DNA of 61,999 bases, counting the filler, from Gonapodya sp. JEL0774 (Eukaryota): NCBI GenBank assembly GCA_027604505.1. It is 8 parts of 8 records of this genome, joined end to end, with 100 filler letters (N's around TTAATTAATTAA, not from the genome) between each part and the next. Parts side by side here need not be neighbours in the genome. Positions count along the whole stretch, not along the records: positions 23,513 to 31,172 come from JADIIX010000489.1; positions 31,273 to 38,898 come from JADIIX010000490.1; 6 more parts are not named here. One strand, 5' to 3'. Position 1 is the stretch's first letter; every line of letters begins with the position of its first letter. The notes beneath the pieces are model-generated. The model was not told the origin of the DNA. It saw only the letters and a program-made list of their open reading frames with translations, and searched no databases. The position numbers and the translations under genes are program-made. Below, piece by piece: positions 23,652-36,574 of the stretch.

Positions 23652-26526
23652 GGGAGGTTGTGCAGTTCAGGCGTGTAGAAATTTTCTTGTATCTACACAT
23701 TTCCTTGTGGCAGTGCTCCACACCGAAAACAGTTCACAATGTTTCTTTGTACCACTCAATCTACAAGGAAAAACCAAAAGTTGTCCCCGATCCCTAAATT
23801 TTTGTTCTTGTGCTGGCATGATTGTTTGCTTTAAGATTTGAGTAGTGTAGCAGTGTTTCCATTGGGTTTTCCTGAGTTTCTGGCAAAATCCATTTCGCAT
23901 CAAACAGGAGCATTCATCGCTCATATGGATCCAACCAACTTCTAGGTCACTTCTCATTCGTATTTTGATTATGTTCTGCGAATCAGAGGTGCCACAGACG
24001 GGATTTGAACATCATACACAAGTGAATTGGAACCTTGAGACCTTTCTAGGTGAGTTTCTTGTGTTTTAGTGGCACCAGAAGCTCCATCTTCATGCAAAAT
24101 ACCAACATATGAAAGAAAAATGACTGATGCTCTGACGTGAGCTCCCCCTGTGTCTGGAAATGGCGAGCATGTGGATGATGGGTCCAATCAACCAGAGCAG
24201 AAGAAGAGAAAATTGCAATGGAGCACATGATATTCTGCTTGTGCAAGTGGCCTTATAGGCTGTAGTCTGCGAGGTGGGACCAAAACCCAATCTGTACAGC
24301 GCTATCCCCCATATTGGGAGTGCTGCTGTTGCAGTGTTGCTTTCCTTCCTGCCGGCTAGGAAGATGATAGGAAAGACTACAAAGAAGCTTGCATTGGGAG
24401 AAGGGCCTACCATCAAGTCTGCACATTCTCATTTCAATAAGACATTCAGGGAGTACAAGAAAAAGAAAGCGCAAGCCAAGAAGGATTCTGGAGAAGAGGA
24501 ACCTGAGGAGTCGCAGCTTGATGCTCTTCTGGAGGATTTTAAACAGCTGGTTCTTGCGTTGAATTTGATCCTGTGTATTGTCTCAACTGAGCTCCTGGCC
24601 AGCGTGAAGGCTGGAAGGAATGGAAGGATAACAAGAAGCAACTGCAGCAAGCATGCAAGGCAAAGGACGATGCAGATTCTATTCGTAAGTAATGAATACG
24701 TAGCTCTGTTAAGGCTGATTAGTGCTTTTGGTTGCTTTGTGTCTCATTCTTTTGTTTGCAGGTGCTTGCAAGGACTCTCTCCAGCGTCTCCAAGATAAGA
24801 CCACATACACACAAAAGCAGGATGGTGGTGAGAGTACAGACCCAGATGAATCCCTGCCAGAAGGTGTCAACAACGGAACGGGGAACCTAAATCAGAGGAC
24901 CTCCAGTACCACAAGGCGCAATCCGGCATCAGCACTCTTGGACCTCAATAAGTTGTACATGTCCATCAACGAGTCAAACATGGAGATGATGAAAGAGATC
25001 ACAGGGTCTATGGCAAATATGCAGGAAGCATCAACGTCTTCTCTGGATCTGCAATAAGAGCACATGAAGCTGCAACAGCACAGGATTGACTTGGATAGGC
25101 AGATGTTTGAATTTGAGAAGGACAGGGAGCGATAGAAAAGCGTGATGCAGATGAACGTGAAGCGAGGCAGAAGAACAAGGATCACATGATGACGTTGTTA
25201 GAAGGCTACTACCAGTGCCCAAACTACCGTAGTTTCTTGTATGAGCTCTGAATAGTAACAACACTCTTATGCACTTGTGTTCCAAACAATCGCAAATATT
25301 TGTTCCAGCTGCAAAGGCCACGATGCCGAGGACTTTGTCCCGCAAACTTCAGGAACTATCAATTTGCCGCCTGCTGGACAGTTCTCAATATACTAAACAT
25401 TTTATTAATTGTCCTCTACATGCAAATACTCCTCAAGAGATGGGGGTACTAACATAAACTTATCTGTGATTTGGTGACCATACAAACACGTGTGACAGTT
25501 TGAGAGAAGAGCGACAACTACATAGTAGGCCCCAACAGGTTGCAATCCAGTCTTTAAATTAGGTGCAAAGTCCAAGAATGCCCACATACTGCAAATCTTT
25601 GCAAACCCCCACTCCACTGCAATCTGCATACCACTCATGATCTTGTTGAATTCCAGCTCCTCTGGGTTGACAGGAAGGTGTATTGTTGCCATGACAACAG
25701 GGGACGCAATGTGGGCAGGATCGCTGTAAACAAAGATACGCTCACCGTTTAAATTGAAGGCTTCTTGAGCAGTTGAGCACATACTAGGGTGACATCAAAA
25801 CACTTAACTGTGCACTCACCATGAATTGCAAGCAGTTCTTCCAATCCACTGTCCCTCCAAATTGTGATGTCGTGACACTGGCCCACATATGGACCTGTCA
25901 AGCACACAAGACAGTTTGGGAAGATGATCAATGTATATATCAGACCAGGCATGCACTTGTGACTGTTGTGGTAGAGCAGTTGATTTGTTCCTGGGCATGT
26001 TATCTCACGTACTGTCCCATCTACGAATCCAAATACACAAGTCTGTTGGAGTGCCGGCATTTGAAATTGTGCTGCAGTACTGTGATAACTCAGCTGGGGT
26101 GAGTCTCTCCATATCCCATTTGAGGAGCTCACAAAACTCCCCCATTAAGAAATCGATCATCCAGTCTAGAATCCTGGAGAACTGGTCAATGGACCTTCCA
26201 AATGACCAACTGAGGTCCCCCTGGATACGCCATTCACTGAAGCAGCATGCAATGTCCGAACAACCCACTTACTTTCAATCAATTTTCAGTGCAAAAAACG
26301 TTGCCAATTTGATGTGCTGGACCAAATGGCAATGTTGATTCATGAACAGGACACTTATGAGGGCCAGATGCCGGAAAAGATTTTGTTCCAGAGTGTTGTT
26401 GAGGTCCATTTTCAAACGTTGTTGCTACAAGAAAAGAAACTTGGGGCGCAACAAATTCGCCTCTGCACATTTCCAGCTAGCATACAAGGAAATATCTACA
26501 TGGACACCGGAACTGCACAACCTCCC
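23652..26526. mobile_element. Degenerate PIF/Harbinger transposon: DDE transposase on - (about 25405-26400) and accessory coiled-coil (probably Myb/SANT-like) ORF on + (about 24250-25200)
   Basis: Perfect 17-bp TIR GGGAGGTTGTGCAGTTC. Transposase motifs FGFVDGT, GQCHD, VYSDPAH, FNKIMS..QIAVEWGFAKI. Convergent two-gene layout with many stops and frameshifts. Confidence 0.9.
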
Positions 26527-26983
26527 TAGTATGGTGTGGTCATTTGTATGCACACCACATTCACTAGACTAGAACAGTAACATGTGTGGGTCTGAACACG
26601 AGTGCTCACTTCAACAAGGCAAAGACTGGCTGTGGTGTTCATAATAACAAGGTGGATAGTTGTACATGCGATAGTATGGTTTGGTTGTTTGACGTTTTTA
26701 TGCACACCAAATTCACTAGACTAGAACAATAATATGTGTGGGTCGGAAAAGAGTGCTCACTTCAACAAGGCAAAGACTGGCTGTGGTGACCAGTCCCAAT
26801 GTTGCCGTGTGGGGCCAATCTTCATCCAGGGGCTTGTGCATAAAGGCAAATTCCTGGCTGTGGTGTTCACAATAACAAGGTGTTTAGTTGTACATGCGAT
26901 AGTATGGTGTGGTCGTTTGTATGCACACCACATTCACTAGACTAGAACAATAATATGTGTGGGTCGGAAAAAGAGTGCTCGCT
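26527..26983. repeat. Tandem satellite, 150-220-bp units
   Basis: Three copies of 'tatgcacacca.attcactagactagaaca.taa.atgtgtgggtc.gaa.a.gagtgctc'. Confidence 0.88.
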
Positions 26984-29726
26984 TCACAACAAAATCGACC
27001 CTCCTCCCCTAACGTCTGTCGAGCTCGCCCCAACAAAAATTCTAAACTCCCCCCTTGGTACAACCCATTTCCGCTCAGTCACATCGTACATGGCCATGTC
27101 ATCACGGTACAGGTGCAGCCTGACCAAGAGCGTTTTCCCGGCCTCGATCCACACTCGGTCAAAGTCGCGCAGTTCCTTGGCACACCCTTGGGCCTGACAT
27201 GTGGAACTTGGGAGTGCGAGGTATAGTTGAACAACTTCGTGGCCGTCGCGGGTTCCAGTGTTGGTGACGTTGAGAGAGACGCGATACGACTTGCGAACAG
27301 AGGTCGGAGGGTCAACAACGACGGGAGAGTAGGCAAAGGTGCTGTACGAGAGCCCATGTCCGAACGGGTACACTGGGGAAACGCCAGTGGCTTCGAACCA
27401 GCGGTAGTCCACGAGGATACCTTCATCGTAGTGAATGTCGAGTGAAGTTTCCTGGACGTTCGCGGGATAGTCCCACCGCGATGCCGCAACAGTGTAAGGT
27501 AGTCGACCAGACGGGTTCACGTCCCCAAACAGCACGTCGGCGATGGCGTTCCCCGTTTCCTGTCCCGGCATACCCGCAAAGATCACGGCGGTCACGTTGG
27601 GGTGATCGATCCAGGGCACGAGTACAGGACCTGGGGAGTGAACCACGACCACCGTCTTTTGAACAGCAGCGACGGCCGTGACGAGCGAGTTTTCCCCACG
27701 CCATAGAGAAAGATCGTTACGGTCCCCTTGGTTTCCCTCGACCGAGATGTACTCCTCGCCCGAGTCCGCAAACACAAACACGATCGCAACTTGTGCCTTC
27801 TCGGCCACGCGCAAAGCCTCGGCAGGCTCCCTCGTCGCCACGACCTGCATTCCCCGCTCCTCGGCTCTGGTGGCAACACCTTCCACTGGCGACACGATGT
27901 AAGGGAAGTTTGTCGTGCCCGAACCCCATCCCTGCGCGACCGTGCCGTCGACACACCCGTGGTCCGCACAGGAGTTGATCCCTTTCGCCGGGCCGAACGC
28001 GTCCTCCCCCACGACTGCGATTTTCGCGACGGTCGAGTTGGAAAGCGGAAGGACTCTCTCCGAATTCTTCACCAGCACAGCCGACGCCGCTCCTGCCGCC
28101 CGGATGAAACGCCCGTGGTCGCCCAGCACGTCCACGTGCTGACCTCGATCCGGGTCCCACGAATCAAAGTTCACGTCCGGGAACCCTTCCTTGTCTTGTC
28201 CCATTTTGATCCACGCGGCGAGAACCCTGGTGACCATATCGTCCAGACGGGATTCCGGAACCCTACCGGCCTTGACGTGCTCGACCAGGTTGGCACCCCA
28301 GTACGATTCCTCCGAGGCGATGGAAACCGACCCAGGCATCATCATGTCCACACCGGCGGTGGCGGTAAGTGCGCCAGAGTGGGCGGCCCACCAGTCCGTC
28401 ATGACGAAACCGCGGAAGCCGAGTTCGTCCTTGAGTATGGTGTACAGCTCAGGGTTTTCGCACGCCCAGGTGCCATTGACCTTATTGTAGCTGCACATGA
28501 TGGCGCCAACGCCGGCCGTGATGCTAGACTGGACGAGGGGGGTGGGGCAGAGGTGAGAAGACTTGTTTGGGGGGCGAAACAACGAGCTGGCGGGAGACGT
28601 GCAGGGCTGGCGGGAGACGTGCTCCTGCGAGGCGAGCACAGAGTAGGGGGTTTATGTACACACCTTGAAGGGCCTCAAATAAACCTCGTGTAAAGCACGA
28701 AGGCCAACGACGGAGCTCTCGAAGTTGCGGTTGTGCTCTTGTTCGTTGAGGATGAACTGGAAGCAGGTTTCCACACGTGAGATTTCAAGTACAGCCCCCT
28801 TTCGGTCACGACAGCGATAGCGAGACTCGATCTTACAACGGTCGACGCAAACTCACGTGCTTTGCTGTTGCAATAACGCCTTGAGACTGGATCCCCTGGA
28901 CGGTCAGGTGTGACGCGACGCTGGCGAGGACCGGGTCGGGCCCGTACGCCTCCCACGAGCGACCGCCCTCGGGTGCACGCATGATGTTCATGCAGGGGGC
29001 CAGGGCGACGTTGACGCCCTTGTTGCGGTGCTCCTGGCCCATGAGGACGCCCTGGCGGAACATGAGCTTTTTGTCGAACGTGGCGGCGAGGTTGCTGAGG
29101 GCAGGGGGAGACGATGGGGATGGGATGGGTGGATGTGAGTTCGAGCAGCAACGTGTAGTTGGAAAGTCGTTTTGTCGTGATACAGGATACCCACATTGGT
29201 GCGGGGAAGGCTGACGCGAGGTCCGCGAAACGAACACCTGTGGGTGAGTCCTGGAGACAGAGGCCTTTGAACCCTATTGCCGGTTTCGCAGCGATATTGC
29301 CCACGCACGGGCCTTTCATCCACCCTACTCCCGTGACGATGTCGGCCTTGTCCTCCAGGGTGAGGTTCCGTAAGAGCCTTTGGGCCTTGTTCCACGCCCG
29401 GGTCCAGCTCATGGTTGGGTTCCCGAGTTGAACAGGACGTTTATCGAGATGGTCGAGATTTATGACGACTTAGAAAGACCCCGGGGGTTAGTAGAGTGGG
29501 GAGAACGAGTTCCATTCGATAAAATGTTCCCACCATATTTCGAATCTGAGCGGGCACTTGCGAGCACTCCAGCTACCAGCAGAGCTGTAAGAGCAGTGAG
29601 AAAATAGCTCCACAAATATTTCTGAATCGCTCCATGTGAGTGGGAAGAGGGCTCAATTTGAAACAGGAATTGTATGAAGTTGCGAACATCACGGGAACAC
29701 CATCACCGATCGATGGGGCTCACCAT
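26984..29726 (-). CDS. Secreted glycoside hydrolase family 3 beta-glucosidase
   Basis: ATG micro-exon followed by signal peptide KYLWSYFLTALTALLVAGVLA; LCLQDSPTGVR, GGRSWE.YG.DP, ATAKH, MCSYNKVNG, nucleophile motif GFVMTDW, DSGEEY, YPFGHGLSY and an Fn3-like C-terminus. Confidence 0.95.
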
Positions 29727-30529
29727 GGTGGCTATAAGTGTGCCTGATTAGTATTAGTTGAGAGGATGGAGGGACCGGTCAACATGATGTGACATGCGAG
29801 GGAGAGTGGATGTAAGGGAAGGACAAGAGCGACAGCAGAAGGAAGGAGGACAAGAGAAGGAAAGGTCGGCTTTGTGAGTGTCCACAATGTGTGCAGACTT
29901 TGCCGGGGTCGGTGGGGCAAGTGCGACAAGTATGGAGTTGTCCAGTTACAGTAACGACTAACAACCGTCATTATTATACGTGTCATCATGTTTGTCAGAC
30001 TCACAACTAACTTGCACACTTCCTTCACAAAAATCACGATTGAGCTCCTTATCAAAAAGCTTGGCGAAGTTCACGGCGATAAATTTGGAACATCTGGAAT
30101 CCTTACCCATAAGATCACTCTCTTGTTTAAATCAGAGCTGCTCGGTCAATTCTGAACCTTGAAAGCGATTCTGTGACTTTTGGCATGGGATTTTGTAAAC
30201 TATTTACTTGATCCTGCTGTGGCACACGACCACAAAAGGACTTGGGGTCCTGGAGTTGGAATTTTGCATTCCACTGACAAACCGAACATTTACCAACCAA
30301 CAAGACCAGCGCGAGCCGTCGCTGAAAGTCGCAGCGACTCTGTATGAATATTGTAAGTTTATACAGGAAGGTCACACGTGGTTCCATCGCTCCAGGTGTC
30401 GCTGGTGGTTGGTCGCCGATCTCCGTACTGAAATGCGAATGCATCTTGCCAGGGCCACAGCACCATCACCCACCATCACGACGCATTCCACGAGCACTCG
30501 ATTCACCATCAACAGCAGCACTCGGGTAG

Positions 30530-30762
30530 CGAAGGGCCAAATGCGTCATCTGGCTCTGGAGCCCGCCGATGGGGTGTTCGTTCGGAATGGGTTGCCGTTC
30601 CCCCATGCCGCGGTCGGAACTCATCGGTCGAAGGGCTGAATGCGTCACCTGGCTCGGGAGCCCGCCGGTGGGGTGTTCGGTCGGAGCAGTTTACATCGGT
30701 CGCAGGGCTGAATGCGTCACCTGGCTCGGGAGCCCGCCGGTGGGGTGTTTGGTCGGAGCACT
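30530..30762. repeat. GC-rich tandem repeat, 3 copies of about 70-100 bp
   Basis: 'agggctgaatgcgtcacctggctcgggagcccgccggtggggtgtt.ggtcggagca' twice near-identical plus one diverged copy. Confidence 0.9.
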
Positions 30763-31272
30763 CACAAAACCTCAAGTCCTCATTTTTGGGTGTGTATGTT
30801 TGTTGTTTAGTCCCTGCTTTTGCGTTTCTGTTGGATGGGATTCCCAGGGATCAGAAAGAAGTGATCCTAGAGCTTGCGTTTTTGGAGCGCTAACTTTCTT
30901 GGGTTGTTGGGTTCGGACTCGGAAACTAGTATCGGGCTCAGTGATGCTTGATGTCGCCGTGCACCACAGTACATTGAAGCATATATATCTCTGCTATTGC
31001 GGATACATTCTTCTCAGAATTTTAAATCAAACGAATGAAAATTTTGGGCGAGACAGAATTACCTGGGCAACTACAATATCCCAATGCTTCACCGTTGTCA
31101 CCCTAGGACCGACTCTGACCAATAGAGTGTATAATATGAACATACAATAGCAAATATGCCAGCGCGAGTCCTNNNNNNNNNNNNNNNNNNNNNNNNNNNN
31201 NNNNNNNNNNNNNNNNTTAATTAATTAANNNNNNNNNNNNNNNNNNNNNNNNNNNNNNNNNNNNNNNNNNNN

Positions 31273-33647
31273 AGCAATCGCTTTCATGCTGTTCGAAAGG
31301 GATTTGTATGTGAGCCTAAACTCTTGCATGCTGATGACATCACCAGATCCCAAATCTCACCAAGCGCATGAGTCCGCATCCTTCCTGAAAAGCGGCCACA
31401 TCCCAAGGACAGCACCCTCCCTCCCGGGTCGCATCCCCCACCCCGTCTTGGTCCCGTCAAACAACTGCGGCATCCTCCCAAACGACCCGCCGAAGAACTT
31501 CCACGCCTCAACCATGCAGTACCCTTCATCTTCCTCGCCCCAATCTTCCCAGAAGTCGGACGACTGCGTCACCTGTGTGCATATAGCCGCCCGAGAAATT
31601 CTGTACGCTGTGCGGAGGTCTTCCGGGTACAAGACTGAAGCTTCGTTCATCAGCTGGAACAGAAATGCAAAGGCCCTGTGCGGGTCACCAAAGGGGAGGA
31701 ACGTGTCGACCGTCACTTCACCATCATCGTCTGGAAGATTCCTGAAGGCGGCGTGGTGGTGGTCCTTGATAAAGAAGTGTTGTCCTGCGGCCGCTCCTGC
31801 ATTTGACAAATCGCGGCGACGATTCTCACATCCGTCGGGCCCCATGTAGAACATACTCAAACCGCCATCGAATGGAGAGGTGCTGCGCTGTCGCCGACCG
31901 CGGAAGTAGTCTCCCAGAGAGGCTTGTTTCCGGCCCCGAAATGCCTGCCCTGCACACGCCAGCTCTACGTTGTCTAAGTATTTGTCAATGACGCTCAGGC
32001 AACTGTTTGAGCATATCTTGTCGTTCAAATCGTCAAATCTGTTGGGTTTGCAATACACACGTGATGAAAACGCTTCATTTGCCACCACTCCCGCAAGCAC
32101 GCATGCATCACTCACAAATCTCTATAACAAACATCCCCAAACTGCGACATGTCTCCCGCGTAGATGCCTTGACCTGTAAGTTCGTTTGTACCCTGCACTA
32201 GCACGGAGATAAATGTTCCCGCAGGGTCGTCCACCACGCTCACTGCGTCTGATGGGACGCATACGTGAGCGACTTTTTTGAACGCGTCTGTGTTGTGGAG
32301 TGCGGCCACGCAGGACGGTGTGAGGGAAGGGAGCGAAGGTGGGTACAGGTTCTTTGTGCCTTGAACTTTCCCAGTGGAAGAGCACATGGCGTCCCGGAAG
32401 ATACGGCCCGACGTCAAAATTGATGGGCGGAGCGGTGAGTTGGTGGTCGGAAGTGCGTCCAATATGGCGTTTGAGCTACGGGGAGGGATGGGGACGGAGA
32501 TGAGCCAGAAGTAGTCACCGTCGTCCAGACTCAACTCACCAAGCGCACGCATCCTTATACTCCCTACCCGCACTGCCATAGTATGACTGGAGTAATTTCT
32601 CATCGATCACGAGTTTTGTCCTAGCCGGGTCGTTCTTATCAGGGACTTCGGCCGCGAGATATCCTGCAGGTCCCACGATCTGCCGCGCCTCGAGAGGGCA
32701 GTAGTTGCTGTACGTTGTTTCACCGGTCTGTGGGGGTGGGGAGTGACTTAAATAGAGTATTTTCAAGCACTCCCACCACATCTACCGTTACCAACCTGTG
32801 GGACTTTTATGCATACGGCAGCGCGTGTGATTTCAAAAGCGCCAGCGAATGACCCGGCTGTCAGATCTTTGGACCGGTCGAGGCTGTCTAGGAGAAACCC
32901 AGTAAAGAAGTGACTGAGGAATGAGGTGATTCTCGGTCGTTTGTCTTCAGTGGTTTCAGTGGAGGACGGGGCGACAAAAGGACCTTGGCCAAAGTTGCAA
33001 GGAGGCTCTTCACCAAAAGGGTACATTTGACCATAGAACTGCTGCGCAGACTCAAAATCCTGGTAGGACCCATCGCGATATGGAGGTGGCTGGACAGAAT
33101 AGTTTCCCTTGGACCCGATGAACCGGTCAGATCCGCAAACGGATTGAAGATTTTGAAAATACGATGTAAAGGTAGAGGCGCAATCGTCTGAGCAATAAGT
33201 GTCGTGGTGCAATGCAATTCTGCATGGGGAGAACATGCATGAGCATACATACGTGAGGACGGACACCTGTCCTCCCACCATTCCGTTCCAACACGCTCAC
33301 CTATCATTCCGGCAAATGTCTGAGCCGCCGTATGGTCCACCTGGGGCGTAGAGCTGCCTCATTAAATAGTCCGATGTGCCGAACGTTATCACACTCTTGA
33401 ACGCAGTCACGACGTCCAGTCCGGCCAGCCAGGCGCCATGTGGGAGGCAGCTCTGGCTGATGCGTCTGTAGAATGCGTGGTCGTGTATTGCGGCATAGCA
33501 TTCAGGGCCGATTGTTGATTCGGGTGGAAAAGGAAGACCAGCGATGGAGATTGGATGCTGGTCGCTGGGAATCCTGGCTGCGAGTGATCCGACTAACAGG
33601 GAGACCGAAAACGACGCGATCACAACAATTTCGACAATTTGGAGCAT
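31273..33647 (-). CDS. Secreted Cys-rich protein built from internally duplicated modules; 3' partial
   Basis: Signal peptide IVVIASFSVSLLVGSLA. Paired motifs CYAAIHD/CVAALHN, CSDDCASTFTSYFQNLQSVC/CSNSCLSVIDKYLDNVELAC, TRAAVC/SRAAIC. Both modules end CAW|GT intron. Confidence 0.7.
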
Positions 33648-34078
33648 TCGCTCCATTCTGCCGCTGTTCTTTGGTACGTGGAGGCGGACTAAGTCGAGCG
33701 AGGGGGCGACCATAGCACGACCATGGGAGGCACTGCGTGGCCACATCGGGCAGATTATTACGCACTTTTGGCGAACACGTCCTAGTGTAGTCCACCGAGC
33801 TCTCACGTTGTACTTTGATGTTAAATATTAACTTCAATGCAAAACTACGCTCACATGCTTAGTTGACTTCACACTGCCAGAAACTCGCAGACTCCCAAAG
33901 TTCGGCTTGGATTTGCACAACATTGCTCCAAGATGTTGAGAGTCCGTGTCTCGACCTAAAGCAGCAGACCCGGTTGAGAAGATGCGCGGGCGCCTTTTGG
34001 GGCCCCAACCCACCCGATCGATACCCCTCATATTCACCTCATATTGTTAACAGCACAAGCGCATTCTGGCTCCATTCC

Positions 34079-35856
34079 ATGACAACTCCAACACAAGTTC
34101 AGACCTCCACGTCCGCGCCCACCCGCCTGCAATTCTTCTTCGACTTCCTCTCTGTAAGCCGTCCATTTCACAAATGCATCACTCGGCCCTTCCATCCAGA
34201 GCTCACCCCTCGGCCCACCAGCCATATGCCTACCTTGCTCACCACAACCTCCGCCGTTTCCGCGCATCGCGCGGTGCGGATTCCTTTACCGTCGAGATCA
34301 GACCTGTGCTATTTGGCGGACTTTTAGAGTATTGGGGACAACTGGGACCCGCCGAAGTGCCACCTAAGAGGATGTGGTGAGTTTTTTTGCTGGAAGGATC
34401 TACTGAAGGAATGGGAATGCGTAGGTAAGAAAGGTTCATGGGTAGGACCAGGTACTACGGCGTAAGATGGAGATTATTCGGCTGATTCAGGGTTCGTGGT
34501 CGCTCATTCACTCGTCTGCTCTAATATCGTGGCATGTGATCATCTCTTCGACTGTGTATAATGATCTTATAGGATGGCCAAAGACATTGCCCGGTACGTT
34601 CGATCCATTCAATATTCTTCACCTGATATCCTTCCACTGAACTTGGTCGCTTTTCCTTATGCGCGCTCCCTGACACACTGCACCTGTTTCACCGCCTGCA
34701 TTGTCACAACTCCGGCCCCCGTACATGCTCGACATCGCTCAGATATGCCCACACCCATAACATACCTTTCGGATACCCAAAAGTCCACCCGTTCAAACCA
34801 TTGATCGCTCTGCGGTGTGTGTGACAGATGGGTTAGCTCGCAATTTTTTTGATATGCTGATCTTGTCCTTCTCCTGGAACTGCTCCCGACTTTGTTACTC
34901 TCTCGGACCTCAAACTCCTCCCGCCCACCGTCTTCCATACAATTCACGGTGCAATTGGGCGACATTTTCTTTCTGCTACTACGCTTCATACCTCCTTACA
35001 AAGTCTTTCGCTCAAAGAAATTGCCGGAGATTTGCAGGACAAGATTGTGGACACTTTATTCGATGCGGCGTGGGGTGAGTTGAACGAACTGCTGACTGGG
35101 TGTTCGGGGGTTGAGAGCAGTGTTAGTTTCATACTCATGCTCCACTCCATTCACCTTGAGTGCGGTGCTTTCTACTGTTTCACGCTGACCCATACTACGA
35201 ACCCCGTTGATCCCCTCTTTTTCCTGGCTATTCGTTGTTACAACCCACGCACCTTCCGAATTCCGTTCCAGGTTCCCCCTTCCTCTACGACCTCGGCAAC
35301 CCGAACGACCTCCACGACCTCCTCGTCCACCGCGCCGGTCTCACTCCATCACTCGCGTCTCACCTCCTCTCTCTCGCCCAGTCCCCCCGCGCTTCCCAGC
35401 TGCTCCGTGAATCTACTACTCAGGCGATAAAGGAGCACGGCGTGTTTGGAGTCCCGAGCTTCGTGGTGAACGGGGAACTGTATTGGGGGAATGATAATTG
35501 GGAGTATGTGGTGAGGGATTTGGAGGGGCAGGGGGTCTTGAAAGGGGATGAACAGGTGAAAGGTGGGTGGTTCCTAGCCGTGGCTCTAGGCGATGATTGC
35601 TCTTTTGGGTGTAAGGAGTGCACGTCACGTCGTGTTCGGTGTTCCGTTTTCTTCCCTACACGCACCTGAACTGTCTCCAATCTTGCATCCGCCTTTACCT
35701 GGACTTCAAATCTCCTCCCAATCGGAAATGGGACCATTTCTATTTCATGCATCATGCCGCCTGCATACAGCCATGTGGACGAAATGGAAGACTCTTGAAC
35801 GGGGGACGGACAGGAAGGGGATGAATCCAGAGGAGAGGCTGAAAGGAAAGTTATAA
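34079..35856 (+). CDS. DsbA-like thioredoxin-fold protein, GST-kappa / 2-hydroxychromene-2-carboxylate isomerase family
   Basis: FFFDFLS|PYAYLA, RPVLFGG, PAEVPPKR, HPFKPL, GVFGVPSFVVNGELYWGND; C-terminal GKL is PTS1-like. Confidence 0.88.
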
Positions 35857-36574
35857 AACTCCTATAATTGTGGTGAAACTCACAAACAGTGCTTGTCGAG
35901 TGTGTGGCCGCGTATTTCTAGTCTACCCGGGGGAGAGAACCGGTACTCCCCGGAGTTGCAACGAGAACAATATATCGAAAAGTTTGGCCCGCATCTATGT
36001 GTCAATCGGGCCCGGGGATCGTGAGGTGGGAGACGGATCGTGCACCAACTGAGGGAACTTTCCTCTCTGCCAAGCCCGACCGCAGCATTACTTTAGCATT
36101 ATGTTACTGAAAGACCGACTCCAGCTGGAAAGTATTATCAAAAAAGCCCCCTTCATGTGCCGCTAGGCGGTTATGTGACCGCGATACAGTATACACACAT
36201 ATCAAAAACAACCAGGGTCATACGAGAAAATTTTGCACTCGGTGAGGCTACACAATATTTTCAGTAAGAGCATGTTCATGAAATAGAGCAGTCCAGGTCC
36301 CGGAATGCGAACCAACGGGGGAAGTTGAGATGGCCCGGCCACTTTTTTCTTGGTGTTTCGGGGCCAAAACCGTGACGGCATCACCCGACCCTTCCCGAAC
36401 CTACACGTCCACGTCCGGCGCGTCGTGTCGTTTGAAGTAGGACATTCCGCAGGTACTTCAAAGTCGAGCATCAAGCGTGTTGGTGTTCTCCCCAACCCAA
36501 ATTCACATTCCATCGTCCTCGGGACCATCATCACGTGTTTTTCATCATTGTTCCCTACGAACACCCCCCCAGCC

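Noticed and set aside
27717..28693. Long ORFs overlapping GH3; likewise 52832-53623 opposite the HNH-like gene
   Set aside because: Expected shadow frames of GC-rich coding sequence.
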